64,000 nucleotides of DNA, taken from the NCBI RefSeq assembly GCF_002105155.1, contig NW_019028997.1, forward strand, positions 496,001 through 560,000, written 5' to 3'. This document shows positions 50,035 through 63,136 of this stretch, piece by piece (positions within the stretch are counted from its first letter, which is position 1; every line of letters begins with the position of its first letter). Both the position numbers and the translations under genes were made by a program. The notes beneath the pieces were generated by a model that was not told where the DNA came from, did no database searches, and saw nothing but the letters and a program-made list of their open reading frames with translations. The stretch comes from Lobosporangium transversale. Taxonomy: Eukaryota.

Positions 50035-52473
50035 TTATACCTCTTTAGTTCTGCCCTCAAGTCTACCTCGCTGTAATTCTGCGTTTAAGTCTACCTCCAT
50101 GACATATTGCTTGATACTTGATAGTTTTTTTGTCGGTTTAGGATCCACCCGATCAGCCCCAGCCTTAGCTTTTGGAACAACAAAAATCAATACAACGTCC
50201 TTCTCTGAGCGAATCCACTTTTTTTCTTGAAGCTTTTTAAGAAGTTCTTTGCAAGATTCACTCTTGATACCATGATCTACGTTTGCCGTAATCTGGAGTA
50301 GATAATTCGGCGCTATTAGCATATCAACGCAGGCAAAAGTCTTGCTTTTTGGGATCCATAGTTCTCCTTTCATCGATTTCTCGTAAACATCAAAAGCTTC
50401 GAAGAATTTAACCGTCGGCTTGGCATTGATGGTGATGGTGATATCTTGCTTTTTCTCTACATCTAGACTCCTGGCCACGAAGGTACAGTCGCCTCTCCGT
50501 AGTATGCGACGTATACATATCTCGAGCATAGCTCCTAGATATATTCTAACTTTGCCATTGACTAATCGATCCAATATCATGTTAAAAGTATTGTCGTCCG
50601 CTGCTTCGTACACCTTTTCGACCTTTTCGAGAATGTGATTAGAGGCCCACTCTAACACAAATTGCTGGTGATCTCCTATTGGACGACGATGAAGAAGTGG
50701 GCTGCTATATTGTAGTGAAACTTTGGCCTGTTCAAAATATTGTAACAGCTTCAATGGATCGTTGAGGTTGTCGAGGGCTGTTTCTACGTGACTGTACGCT
50801 TCCCTCCTAGCTCCATCAAGATCTTTTTCATTAAAGTGCAGTCGGTTCGCTGGTTTCTCGAGAACATACCTTGGCACACCACCTATCTTCTCATAGAGTT
50901 CCATCATAAATTCTTCGCTGACGATGTTAAAGGTCCGAACCATTTTTCTACACTGTCTTAACTCATCCAGCTCCCATGGTGCCATGTAATAAATCCATAC
51001 CACCCTCTTTACAATTTCTTTATACATGTTGGACTCGGAAAATAACGTCTTTGGTGATACTGAGAAGATAGTTCGAGCCTCCATAAGCTCCGGCTTTGGT
51101 GAGCTGTCGACTAGGAACCAAGTGTTAGGTAGGTCTAGGAAGGCGGCGAAATCCTTTATATCTCCATTTTGAACAGTAGATAACCCACCAAAAGCGTAGC
51201 ACATTGAATCTTCTTTTCGCTGGATGATGACAATAGGTGGATCATCCTCAGTACTGGTTGCAAGTAGTCGGATGGCAAAATATATGAGAAAGGATGACTT
51301 CCCTATACCAGCCGTCCCTGTAACAACAATACGGTTTCGTGCATTGTTCTCAGCGTTGCAAAACTGTTTGGTGATTAAATCGTAGAGATCCTTGAATTCC
51401 TTTCTTACATATAGATCTTGCGCATCGATCACCGGAAGATCCATCCCTGGTAGACTGGATATCACATAATCTGATAATATTTTGGAACCCTTGATACCAC
51501 CAGAATTTCGGAGCTCGCGAGCCACGCTAATAATGCTGTAGTAAATACTATCTACTGGTAACCTCTTCCCCATGTACGAAAGCAGCTTGACCCTCTCTTT
51601 CGAGCTTAGACGCGAGATGGCAGGGCTACCATTCACTATCCCTTTCGTTACAAGCCCCGCTTCTGTAATCGCATCCATAAGAGCATCTCTACTTATACTT
51701 GGACGAGCTTTTTTAGAGGGTGACTCTGATAAAAGAGATAGAGTGATCAAAGTTAATATTCTTGATTTATTGCACATCACTCTAAATTGATCAATAACCA
51801 GCTTCTCGGCCAAAAGCACTCACCAGAATCTTCATCTTGTTTTCTTTTCTGAGCTAAGTATCAAAAGCGAATAATGAGAAAGAACGTTGAGTTATCAAGA
51901 CACAAACCAAATGGTGATATCATGCACATGGCCGTTTAAGATATAAACCAAGCTTCATCAACTGGAAATATCAACAATCAGTCCATCAAGAGCCAAAGAT
52001 ATACCTCGCTGCGGTGGCTTGACAAAAACATGGATCGTTTTCCTTGGAAGTTCGGAATTAAATATGTCCCCAAGCTTCCTTGACGCGGGTGCGAGAGCCT
52101 CTTTCGACACAATTTCTGACTCAACGACAGTCTTGCCTTCGTCAGGGATGGAGACCTTGTAGAGAGTTAGCTTCTCTGGTGGGATATCATCAAATCTAGC
52201 AGGTAAATAGATGGCTTGCTTGAGCATCCCAACCGATTTATCGGAGAAAATCTCTACTGAGAACGACGTTGCTTCTCCCTCAACAACGCAGTTCAGCTTC
52301 AGCAGCAGTGGGATGGCGCGCTTTTTTCGTTGTGGGTGTTGGTTTTCTCTTTTTCGTTTATTGAGTGTGGAGGCATCCTCAGGCTTATTTGCAGCCATGT
52401 TTTTTTGTGCTTGGCTCCTTGTCGAATCATTTGCAGCCATGTTTTTTTGTGTTGAGCTCCTTGTGGTGGCCAT
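50035..52473 (-). CDS. CRN copy 3 (~729 aa), chimeric; exons 52473-52005, 51853-51824, 51725-50035
   Basis: Same header, introns and 30-nt micro-exon as copies 1 and 2. Walker A GTAGIGKS, GGVPRYV and FACVDML...LQIT. Intact frame. Confidence 0.9.
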
Positions 52474-53507
52474 TGAAAATTAAGATGAGTGTGGTTGAAA
52501 TGCAGGGAGAATGATGGCTAAATAGGCAAAGGTATATTCTTACTCTTTCACCCGTGGCCACGGTATGGAAACAATAATGAAAAATATGTAAGGCAAAAAA
52601 AAAAAGAAGGAAAGGAAAAGAAAGACAATAAATGAAGGCTTGGAATGAATAAAAGAGGTAAGTGGTGAAATATGAAAAAAGTGGTGGCGAAAATGAAGTG
52701 GAGCAAAGGAAAGAAAGGAGCGACAACTGATAAATTTGTTCCTTTATTTCAAGGTTAGGCTTTGCGTGAGAATTTTTTTTTTTTCAAATCAGCCACGTGC
52801 CATTTTCTTGGTCATTGTGACGTGAAAACCAACCACAATCTTTTAGTGCACGAAGAACTCACACATTTCTCATTTTCCATGTCCCTCAGATAAACTTTTG
52901 TTCACACTCGACTTGCTCATTCCTCTGCTTACAACTGCTCCCCAGGAGGACTGAAATGATCATTGAAGGGGACATTTGAAAAGGATTATAAATTTGAATT
53001 TGCCAGATGTCAACTGATCACTTTATCCGCTTTTACTATAATACAACTTTGATTACAGTTTATGATAGCCTTAAAAGCTTCTATTGCAATTGAGCCCCTA
53101 AGAACGATGCAGGACTGTTGTTAGAATGTCCACTGAAAGTTAAGTGGACTACTATAAAGACAATCGTTAACATACAATATGTGCGGTGTTATATGGAATT
53201 CCTGCATAAAATGGCTGTTTATTATCATTGCTTGTGCAGCAGAGGCAATATACCCTGCCAATATTTGTTCATTCCTCATATAGGCCATTCAGCTTTTTGA
53301 AGGAATATTGACACATTCTCTTGAGTTGATCATGTTATTTAGATGTTGTGCCTGTGCACCATACAACCCTTTATGCTCATCACATACTCCTTGAAGATCC
53401 AAAAAACTCCCAATCTTCATACTGAAGTTATTCATCGTACGTTAAAAAAATAAAAAAATTAAAAAAAAAAGAGCTGGCAATGCAAGCCACACTTGTGCAT
53501 GATAGAA

Positions 53508-54073
53508 GTCGTCAACTATCTAGGCCCTGAGGACGAAGTTCATGTGCTCTTCTCTCTCAGGTTGGGACCAAACTTGACATTTTGGCCGGAGGTCTCTTTT
53601 TTAAATTTGAAGTCGAGCACACTGCTCTTTTTTTTTTTAAGTCATTTGCGCCACAGGGAATAGCTTAGTTTTTCTATTTTTTTTTTTTTAAAGATGAGAA
53701 TGATGATAGGTATATTTCGTAGTGATAATCGGATGAATAAATGAGATTGTGAAATGAGAGCAAGAAAAACAGTAGCATGCTTTACACGTAGGCCATTTTC
53801 CTGTGATCTGTAGGACTTTGCTTGAAAAAAAATGACTTAAAAAAAAAAGTTTGAACATAGAAAAAAAGCTATCTCCTGTGGTGTAAATGACTTGGAAAAA
53901 AAAAAAGAGCCTTCCTAGCAGTGTGTTTGACTTGGAAATTTTTTTCAAATTAAAAAAGAGACCTCCGGCCAAAATGTCAAAGTTTGGTCCCGGCCTGGGA
54001 GAGAAGAGCAAGCCACATTTGCCTTCAGCACGTGCATGTGCACATGAACTTCGTCCTTAGGCTGGTTGACGAG
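53508..54073. mobile_element. Degenerate ~560-bp foldback/MITE-like element
   Basis: Imperfect inverted arms at ~53508-53680 and ~53855-54073 (e.g. AGGACGAAGTTCATGTGC and GACATTTTGGCCGGAGGTCTCTTTTTTAA, each with a reverse complement). No TSD was seen. Confidence 0.7.
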
Positions 54074-54370
54074 CCTACCAGTACCAGCTAGACTCGTAAC
54101 CAGCCTATATAAATGTGGCTTGGATGTAACAACTCTAGTGTCTGATATCAACTTCGCTGGCATTCACAAGGTCATGAATAAAGAGGTGATTTTCCGAAGG
54201 ATTTGTAGTACATCTGTCAGAGTCTCTCAACTGCTGAACAACCAATTTCATCCAATCTGGGCCCTTGCTTCCAACTCTTTTCGTATATTGCTCCTCCTTT
54301 TATTGTCTAAAAGGTTTTTTCCGAACCTACTTTCCTATTCTTTTAATATTAAGGATTGTTGCGAAATAAT

Positions 54371-54598
54371 TAAATATTGCTGGGCATGTACGTACTTGGA
54401 TAGCATCGCAAGAGTCGGTCTTGTTCAGATTAGGAGCCAAGGGAAGCTAACAGAATACGGAAGAGCCGCCAGCCTCTCTCCCCCCTGCAAAGCGCGCACG
54501 ACGCTAGACACAAGTATTTGAAAGTTCTCTTCCGCGTCTTTCTGATTATTTTTTTTTTTGCCCGTGAATTTCTGGGCTAATTTAAAAAAACCTTACAG
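54371..54598 (+). pseudogene. Second, truncated copy of the Fanzor 3' end and non-coding tail
   Basis: Matches 44151-44437: TAAATATTGC.GG.CATGTA, CATCGCAAGA.TCGGTCTTG, a 36-nt identical CTGCAAAGCGCGCACGACGCTAGACACAAGTATTTG, and TTTTGCCC.TGAATTTCTGG.CTAA. Confidence 0.85.
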
Positions 54599-54781
54599 AC
54601 CAACAGACATACCGTCCACCAGAACCTTGTAGACATGACACAATGCGCAGACCCTGAACGGCCTGCGAATCGTTTTTTTTTTTTTTTTTTTTTTTTTTTT
54701 TCTTTCTATTTCATTCTCATCACATTACTCATTTCTTTTATTCATACATTCTCATTGAGCCATAACTAAATTTCAAACACA

Positions 54782-55444
54782 ATGACAGACTGGGCTCCAA
54801 CCACTTCCGAGGAGCAACTTTTGATTCTCAAGGACGCGGCACTTGACTTTGCACTGTCTCACGGACTTGTCGTTCGTCCTCCTCCTCCTCCCGTGACAGC
54901 AGCAACATCCATTTCAAACATACAAGAGGCTGAGGGTGTTATCAACGCTCCTGTCTCACTCTTCCCTTCTCCTTTCCCTAAAGCTGCGTTCGATAATGCG
55001 GTCAAGATTCAACCCTTGTTCAATCAGCTCGTGCATGATATCTCTGAGGACGATGAGTTCCTGAAAGAAATTATGGAAAGGTACTGTATGGATTCTTTGC
55101 AAAAGTCGCCAATATGTAATATCTTTATGAATATATTCGTTCCTCTCCCCCCCCCTTTTTTCACCTCATTGATCTAATAGTCTCTCTTATCTGCTTTACC
55201 ATTTATGTATATCAACTTTAGTCTGTCAACTGTGGATGACTTTGTCAGCCGTCTTTACAATCTTTATATTACTGTCAAGAAACGGGGCATCACTCAGGTA
55301 ATTCTTTTTTTATCATTTTATTTTATTTTTTTATAAATACTTTGTTTGCTGGTTTCTTGTTATGTTTCAACTGCAAAAAAAAAAAAAAAAAAAAAGTAAT
55401 CACCTATTTGGATGTGTCGATGGCGCCATCGATATCTTCCAAGG

Positions 55445-55480
<36 letters not shown>

Positions 55481-56104
55481 TTGTTTGTCAACTAGGCAAA
55501 AACAAAATGATTAGAAATGTTATTGTTGAGAGACAGATCAGAATATTTCCTGTGAAAGAAATGCTGATTAATGTGGCTCATAGAAAAAGCGGGATTTTGC
55601 GTTTATTTCATTGGTCAATTGCTTACAAATGCATTGTGTGCTGCGCTTCTCCAAAAAAAAAAAAAAAAAAAAAATTCTTTTCGTTTTTTTTTATTTAGCC
55701 TGCATCGTTGGGAATTCATCGATCTGATTATATCATCAATTTGAATCCAGGACAAGATTTCTCGGATGCAAAGATCAAACAAGTGGAATTGAATACTATC
55801 TCTGTCTCGTTCGGAAGTTTATCATCATTGACAGGAGATCTTCATCGGTAAAAAAAAAAAAAAAAAAAAAAAAAAAGAGAGAGAGAGAGAGATGATATAA
55901 AGCTTGCTTATGAGGGAAAAAAAAAAAAAAATTTGAAGAGTCAGTGATTGACCATTGATTGGTTACGTGTCTTTAGGTACTTGCATGCTACCACTGGATA
56001 TCTTACAGACAAGGTGGACAACTCAATGCTTCCGAGCAGTGATTCGATTTCTTCAATTGCCTCAGGACTTGCATCTGCTCATGAGCTATATGGATCGAAA
56101 ACGT

Positions 56105-56142
<38 letters not shown>

Positions 56143-56531
56143 AATGTTGTGTTCTCTATATCAAGCTTCCCATAAGTCTAAAATAGTCTTCTACTTCGCA
56201 ATTGAATAGTGCCAAGGTCATGATGGTGGTGCAACCAGGAGAGCGCAACGCGTTTGATCAGAGATGGATTGAATATAATCTTTTGAAAAAGTAATGTAGA
56301 CCCTTCGCAAAACTCCTCCCCAGATATGTATTCTCGATATCAGGAGCTGGATTTGGATATTGAAAAAAAAAAAAAACATATCAATGGAACAACATCTAAC
56401 AAAGGCTCATTTGACTTGCAAATGTATGGATACATAATATAGCCATGGAGTAGTGATGATTCGCAGGACTCTTGCAGAGATTGCTGAGCAAGGTAGTTTG
56501 CATCCGGAGACCAGTGCACTTTATATGTAAG

Positions 56532-56573
<42 letters not shown>

Positions 56574-57196
56574 TTGAACAGCTACTGCGGGAGAGATCGT
56601 CAAATTTTTTGTGTCCTTGTACTAAACGCCACCAAAAAAAATGTACTTTATTTCTGACATGTGCATCTATCTAGGGGCGATCAAGAGGTCTCGGTTGTAT
56701 ATTATCGATCAGCATATGCTACTACCGATTACCCTACTGAAAAGGTATTCGTTAAGAATATATTTACCAAGTCCAACTATGGTTCAGGATGCCACAATAA
56801 TCTTTAACTTTCAATCGAAGAAAAAAAAAAAAAAACAACGTCTATCGTTGATACTGATAGAGATCAAAATTTTTTTTTTATTTTTTATTTTTTTACGAAA
56901 GGAATGGGAAGGAAGAATGCTTGCAGAAAAATCATTGGCCATCAAGTGCCCTACAATTGCCTATCAACTTGTTGGAGTCAAGAAGGTTCAGCAGGTTCTG
57001 GCTGCACCAGGACAACTAGAGCGCTTTGTCAAGGATCCTGCTGATGCTGCTCTGCTGCGTGCATCATTTACAGGACTGTATCCCTTGGATAGCTCTCCGG
57101 AGGGAATTACTGCATATGAGGCTGCCCTTGCCAATAGTGACGAGCTAGTGATGAAGCCTCAGCGTGAGGGAGGAGGTAAGGGATTAAAAAGCTTGG

Positions 57197-57230
<34 letters not shown>

Positions 57231-57608
57231 CAGCATGTATATATCCTGACGTTTTCTTTTTATTTTTTATTTTATTTTATTTTCTTTTTTTAAAAAAAAG
57301 GGAATAATATCTATGGGAAGGATATCCAGAAGGTGTTGAAGGAACTTACTCCGGAACAGAGGAATGCATATATCTTGATGGACATTATCCGTCCTCCTAT
57401 TACGAAGAATGTTTTGTTGCGAAAAGGCCAACTGCTGCGAGCAGATGTTGTGTCGGAATTGGGTATTTATGGGATCTATCTACATGATGGTAAAAAAGTG
57501 GTGCGAAATGATAATGGTGGACATTTGCTCCGCACCAAAGGTGTAGAGAGCAATGAAGGAGGTGTTGCTGCTGGATTCGCCGTCATTGATTCTGTAGTGC
57601 TACTCTAA
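54782..57608 (+). CDS. GSH2: Glutathione synthetase (eukaryotic type), 9 exons: 54782-55080, 55222-55297, 55699-55847, 55977-56102, 56210-56290, 56443-56526, 56675-56744, 56902-57175, 57301-57608 (488 aa)
   Basis: Motifs APVSLFPSPFP, LGIHRSDY, KQVELNTIS, GERNAFDQRWIE, KCPTIAYQLVGVKKVQQ, KPQREGGGNN, SELGIYG and EGGVAAGFAVIDS. All junctions are GT-AG and the total is in frame. Confidence 0.96.
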
Positions 57609-58601
57609 TATATTAAAAACAAATAAAAACAAATAGAAACAAAAGAAAAAACAAAAAGAAAAAACAAAAAGAAAAAACAAAAAGAAAAAACAAAAAGAAA
57701 AAAAAAAAAAAAAAACAAATAGAAGCAAATAGAAAGGAAGCAAATTCACACACACAACATACACACATTACCATCTGTTGCAGCTTCTGTGTTTTGTGGA
57801 TGTCTAGTAAAGTACTATGTAGTACAAATGCTCAGGCTCAAATGGATACAAAATGAAGAGGGCAGTTCATTCTTTTTTGTTCATTTGATTTGATCGAGAA
57901 CAAATGAAAAAGGAGGAGTTGTAAAAAAAAAAAAAAAAAAAAAAAAGATGAGCAAGGAATTATGAGAAAACAATGTTGGACATCGATGGTGGAAAAACGA
58001 TTATAATGCAAAAAAAAAAAAAAAAAAAAAAAAAGTTGTACCATCTAGGCATCCATACCCTTTTGATGTAAATTGTGTAATGATCAAGTACTCCATATAA
58101 GGATCATTAATGCCTTTTTTGCACTATAATATATATACGCTTTGTGTAATTATCGTGATTATCACAAGCAAAAAAATGTCGAGGAAAAGATAAATTATTA
58201 AAGCCGACGACAAAACCAACTATGTAAATACAATATATTATACATATACTATACATGTATGCTCATTCCAATTCCTTTCTTTCTTTTACGTGAAAACGAA
58301 GGTTGGGGCGGATGGGAAGAAAGAAAGCGAGTTCATTAGTGCTGAGAGCTTTCAGAAAAAAAAAAAAAAAAAAAAAAAAGAGAAAGAAAGAAATGATCAT
58401 CTGACCTGAGGAAAATAGAATTATAGAACCGTTTTGGATAGGATCCTCTACAAAATAGAAAAGCGTACGCCACTATATAGGGTAAAAAGGAAATAAACGT
58501 TGTTTATAATTATTCAAACATACATTTGTAAATGTGTGTATCCAATGGCTGAATGTATTGTAAAGAGAAGGGGGGGGGGAATTCTTCAGGGCAGGTCAAT
58601 C

Positions 58602-58633
<32 letters not shown>

Positions 58634-59024
58634 GACAAAAACAGACGAACAGACATCACAAGTCTGTGCGACCATGAACGGTCCATGCTAAAAAAGCAAA
58701 AAGCATTGCTCTTTGAACTCTTTTTGTTTATTTTATTTACACTTTTGGTTAGACTAACCTTGCAATTGTGTGTGTGCAGCTCTTTCTGTTTACATTTATT
58801 TTGTTCCGCATAATGAGTACATTTGTAGATAAAAATAAGAAAACGTTTTGAACCAAGGTTTATTTTTCGATCACTTGGTGACTTTGGAAGGGAAGGGGGA
58901 GGGGAACAAAACGGAAAGGGGAGGGGGGGGAAAAGCAAAGAAAAAAAGACAGGAAGGGAAAGGTTAAAGGGAAAAAGGGAAAGAGAAGGGAAGGATAGAA
59001 AATGAGACCAATAGATGAAGGCAC

Positions 59025-59055
<31 letters not shown>

Positions 59056-60317
59056 TTAATCTTCATTCAGTTACTTTTATTCCTTTCTCTTCTTACTCTA
59101 AACCTCTTCTCTTTAGGTACCCTTTTTTATGTTAAAAAAGACGCTTTACATACACGTGTATTTCTGCAGATGATGGCAAAATTATATCTGTAAGAACGTA
59201 TCACGAATAAAAGAAAAAAGAAAAAAAACAAGAATGAAGACAAAAGGCATTAGGTTGGCAAAACGTTGGCGACAATGGCTTGTATTCTGTGTTCGAACCT
59301 TTTGCATTATCCTTTGGTCCCTTTTTACCCCCCCCCCTTTTTTTTTTTTTTTTTTTTTGTCCCTTTGTCCTTTTTGTCCGCCAACTGCCCGTAGGTTTAG
59401 GTTGGTTGTAACAATATAGATTATGGGTGGCATAAAAAAAAAGTATAAAAGTCTGTATACATATATTATATATATATATATACTGATCAATTGATGGGGC
59501 CATACAGACCCTTCCCTGGGTCCTTGCTCTCTTTTTTTTTTTTTTTTTTTTTTTTTTGCATGAATCAGAAAAAACAGAGAGCGGGTTTTAACGAAGGTTG
59601 ATATGCAAACTTTATAAATTAAGAAACGAAACAACCCGATCATCAAGGGCTTTTTTCTCTTTTTTTCTTTGTGAAATCTTCAGACCCAGTAGATTTTCAC
59701 TGATATAAACGAACGAATCATCTTTTTTTGTTTTTAGTTAGAGGAAAGAGGCATTTTACACCTGGATAAGCACATCCAGCGTGATCATCCAATGCTCATA
59801 AAAGTATATATCATAAATGAGGTATAAAATATAAGTATAAATGTCAGAAAAAAAATTTTCTCATCATGACAAAAGGTGAAGGTATTGGTATATAGTTTCT
59901 CTATTTTCTGATTACATATTAGACACAGTCCATGAGTAATCAAGAATATCAACAACAACAATAACTAAAAAAAAAAAAAAAAAAAAAAGGCCTTTTTGTC
60001 TTTCGACTCTTTAACCATGAAATGGCTCTAATATAGACGTTTGATGTTTCAATTTCATGCCCTTACTCTTTTCTCCTCTTCGTATTGCCTATTGCCTATT
60101 GAAATATGCAAATATGCAAATATGCATAGGGATTAGAGATCAACAATATAAAAAAAACGTGTTTATATTATTTATGATTCTCCTTCCTCCCTAAATAGAA
60201 TCGACTGTTAAATGAAACACAACATTGCTACTCCTGAACCACAACTATAAACAAATACATATTTATTTTTAACAAGAATTTATCGAAATATGATATGCTG
60301 ACATTGCCATGCATGGT

Positions 60318-60354
<37 letters not shown>

Positions 60355-61321
60355 ACAATGCGATATAATGTACATGTAGAGTAGAGAGGTGATAGATAGA
60401 TAGATAGATATATATATATATAAACATTTGATACGAATAGCAAAAACATAATAACCGGGCAACCTCCACCACCTTTTCAAACAAATATTTTTCATTCTTG
60501 GGCATTTGGGATGAAAAAAATGATAATAATAATAATAATAATAATAAAAATAAAAAAGAGTAAAAAGCACATAGAAAGTTGGGTAGCGGAATGAAATTTT
60601 GAGATGCATTGATGCATGTATCACAAATCATGTACAGACATATACATGTACATGTCTAATGGCATGTGTAGGTGTAGATAAAAGAGAAGCAGTCCCAGGG
60701 ACGAACAGACGAACAGGGGTGGAAATCAAAAATCATTTGATCGACATGAACTGGGGTGCCAAAAGAAAAAAATTTCATCTTTTTATTTGTTGGATTGGTT
60801 AGTCACACTGGAATAAATTACAATCTGCACTAGACTAAGGACTATGGACTAAAAGACTAACTGGTAACAATAAATAGATAAAATAAAATAAAATAAAATA
60901 AAGTAAAATAATACAGATAACATTGAAGCCCTTTTGACTCATCTTCATACAGATGCACACACTGTCCACCCCTCCTTCCTTGAGTAGTGACCCATTCACC
61001 TTACTCTTTCATTCCCACTCTTTTTATTTTTATATTTTTTATGGTTTATTGCAATAGTGTACCAAGTAGACGACTGCAGTGCAATTGACATAATATGGAA
61101 CTAGACTTGATCCTCTTTACTTTATTTCTTTTATCCTATCCTCGCATGCTCAAGACGTTTGCTAAACATTTATCCATAAGATCAGCTGGTTTCATATTAA
61201 TAAAAGGAATTAGTATGATCGATTTCGGGAATATGCTTGATAATGAGTAATGAATAATAATTAACGAGTGCACATGCAATGGGTGCACAACAGATTCGAC
61301 GCCATTGAAAAGGGAGGAGCC

Positions 61322-61354
<33 letters not shown>

Positions 61355-63105
61355 GGTGGAGGAAGGGGGAAAAAGAGAGAAAGTAGGAAGACATGTTTAC
61401 CCCAGTCAGATAAAGAATGGGCCATGAGCGTCTTTCTTTTTTTCTTATGCCAAAAAAAGGTGATCGATTGAGAGCACGAAAAGTAAAAAAGAGAGAGGCG
61501 ATCAAAAAAAGGAGGCGGGAATAAGAAAAAAAAAAAGCAGAAAGTAAAAAGAGTTGCATAAAATCGATATATTTTACGCGCTCTTCTCTTAGTCTTTGCT
61601 CTTTTTTTTTTTTGTTGTTGCATGCATGCGCACACGCCTCTCTCTTTTGTCTCTCTCTCTCTCTTTCAAGACAAGCACGTTTGTCCCCTCCCATCTTTTT
61701 TCTTTTTTATTCAAAATAATACAAAAAGAAGAGAGAAAGGTATATAAAATATTATATGTATCAATCCTCCAAAAAAGTCTGCTCTTCTCCTTCCCATGTA
61801 AAGTGCAAAAAAGAGATGCAAGCCCAATTGGTAAAAAAAGACGATCTTTTTTTATTTGTTTACTTTCACAACTGGGGGACACATCAAAAAGAGATTACTT
61901 GCACATGGACCCAACAATGATATTCAAATTTATTCGTGTGAGTTCACTTGTTTGCTAGATTTCCATTCCTCTATCCTATCCTAAAAAAATAATTCCCATT
62001 CCCATTCGCATTCAACATCCACACCCATTCACACTCACATCCACACACATACCTATACACAGAAAGAAAGAGAAGAAAGAAAAACCAGTACAGACAAGGT
62101 ACACGTCGCTCTGTAGTCCTTAATGCTCATTGTACGAAACACTTGTTATATCTTTTTCCTTTTTCCTTTTTCTTTTTTCCTTTTTCTTTTTCTAGTGTCC
62201 TTAAAGCTCTTTTGTTAACGTTGAGTGCTTTGATAGATGGATGCGGGATAATCGATTAATGTCAGTCTACTTTCTTTTTTAATATCAATTGCAGACGAAC
62301 GACGCTTGCACAATGAGCTGAGTGAGCTTTTTTTTTTTTTTTTTTTTATTTTTTTTTTATTTGATCGTTGTTGAAAAGTAGTGGTACAATATTATACAAG
62401 GAAAAGAATACAAGTCAAGGAGGGACAAAGGGAAGATGGGGGAAGGAGTAGAAAAGAGGGCACCCCAATGGCATCTTTTTTGGGTTTGCCACACAAGCCT
62501 TTTTTTAATCATTCTGGGTTCCCGTCTCTTTGATCAAGAAACAAAGTAAAATCCAAATTGCAATTGAATTCTTGACAAAGGGACTCGCAAGGTAAGCTCA
62601 GTTAAAGTGTAAAGGGATACAGGTTATTATAGAGAATAGATGAATTCAAAGATGAATTACATAGTATATATATATATGTATGTATTGTATATATGTATAT
62701 TTATATGTATTTTATATAATCTGGACACTTATAAAATATGTTTATATTTATATATATATTATATACAACATATATACTGGTATAGCTATAATGGTTATCT
62801 ACAACATTTGTTCAAAAGGAATTACTTTTAATCCGCTCTGTGCCCCGTGCTCCAGGTCCACAAGGTCATGGTCAAATGTCAGTGCCCCCAAGTGTTGAAA
62901 GTGCTCAACTGTTAAAAAATTAAAAAGTTTTTTTTTTTTTTCTAGTTCCCAAGCATTTTTTGTTTCCTTCATCATATCCTAAAGTAGGTCTATTTTGATC
63001 AATCATGTCATACAAACTAGACTGGTCATTGTAAATAAATGTAATTGTGCTGTAGTTCAAGCTGTTTGTGATCGGGTCAAGTTCAAGCTGTTTGTGGTCG
63101 GGTCG

Positions 63106-63136
<31 letters not shown>

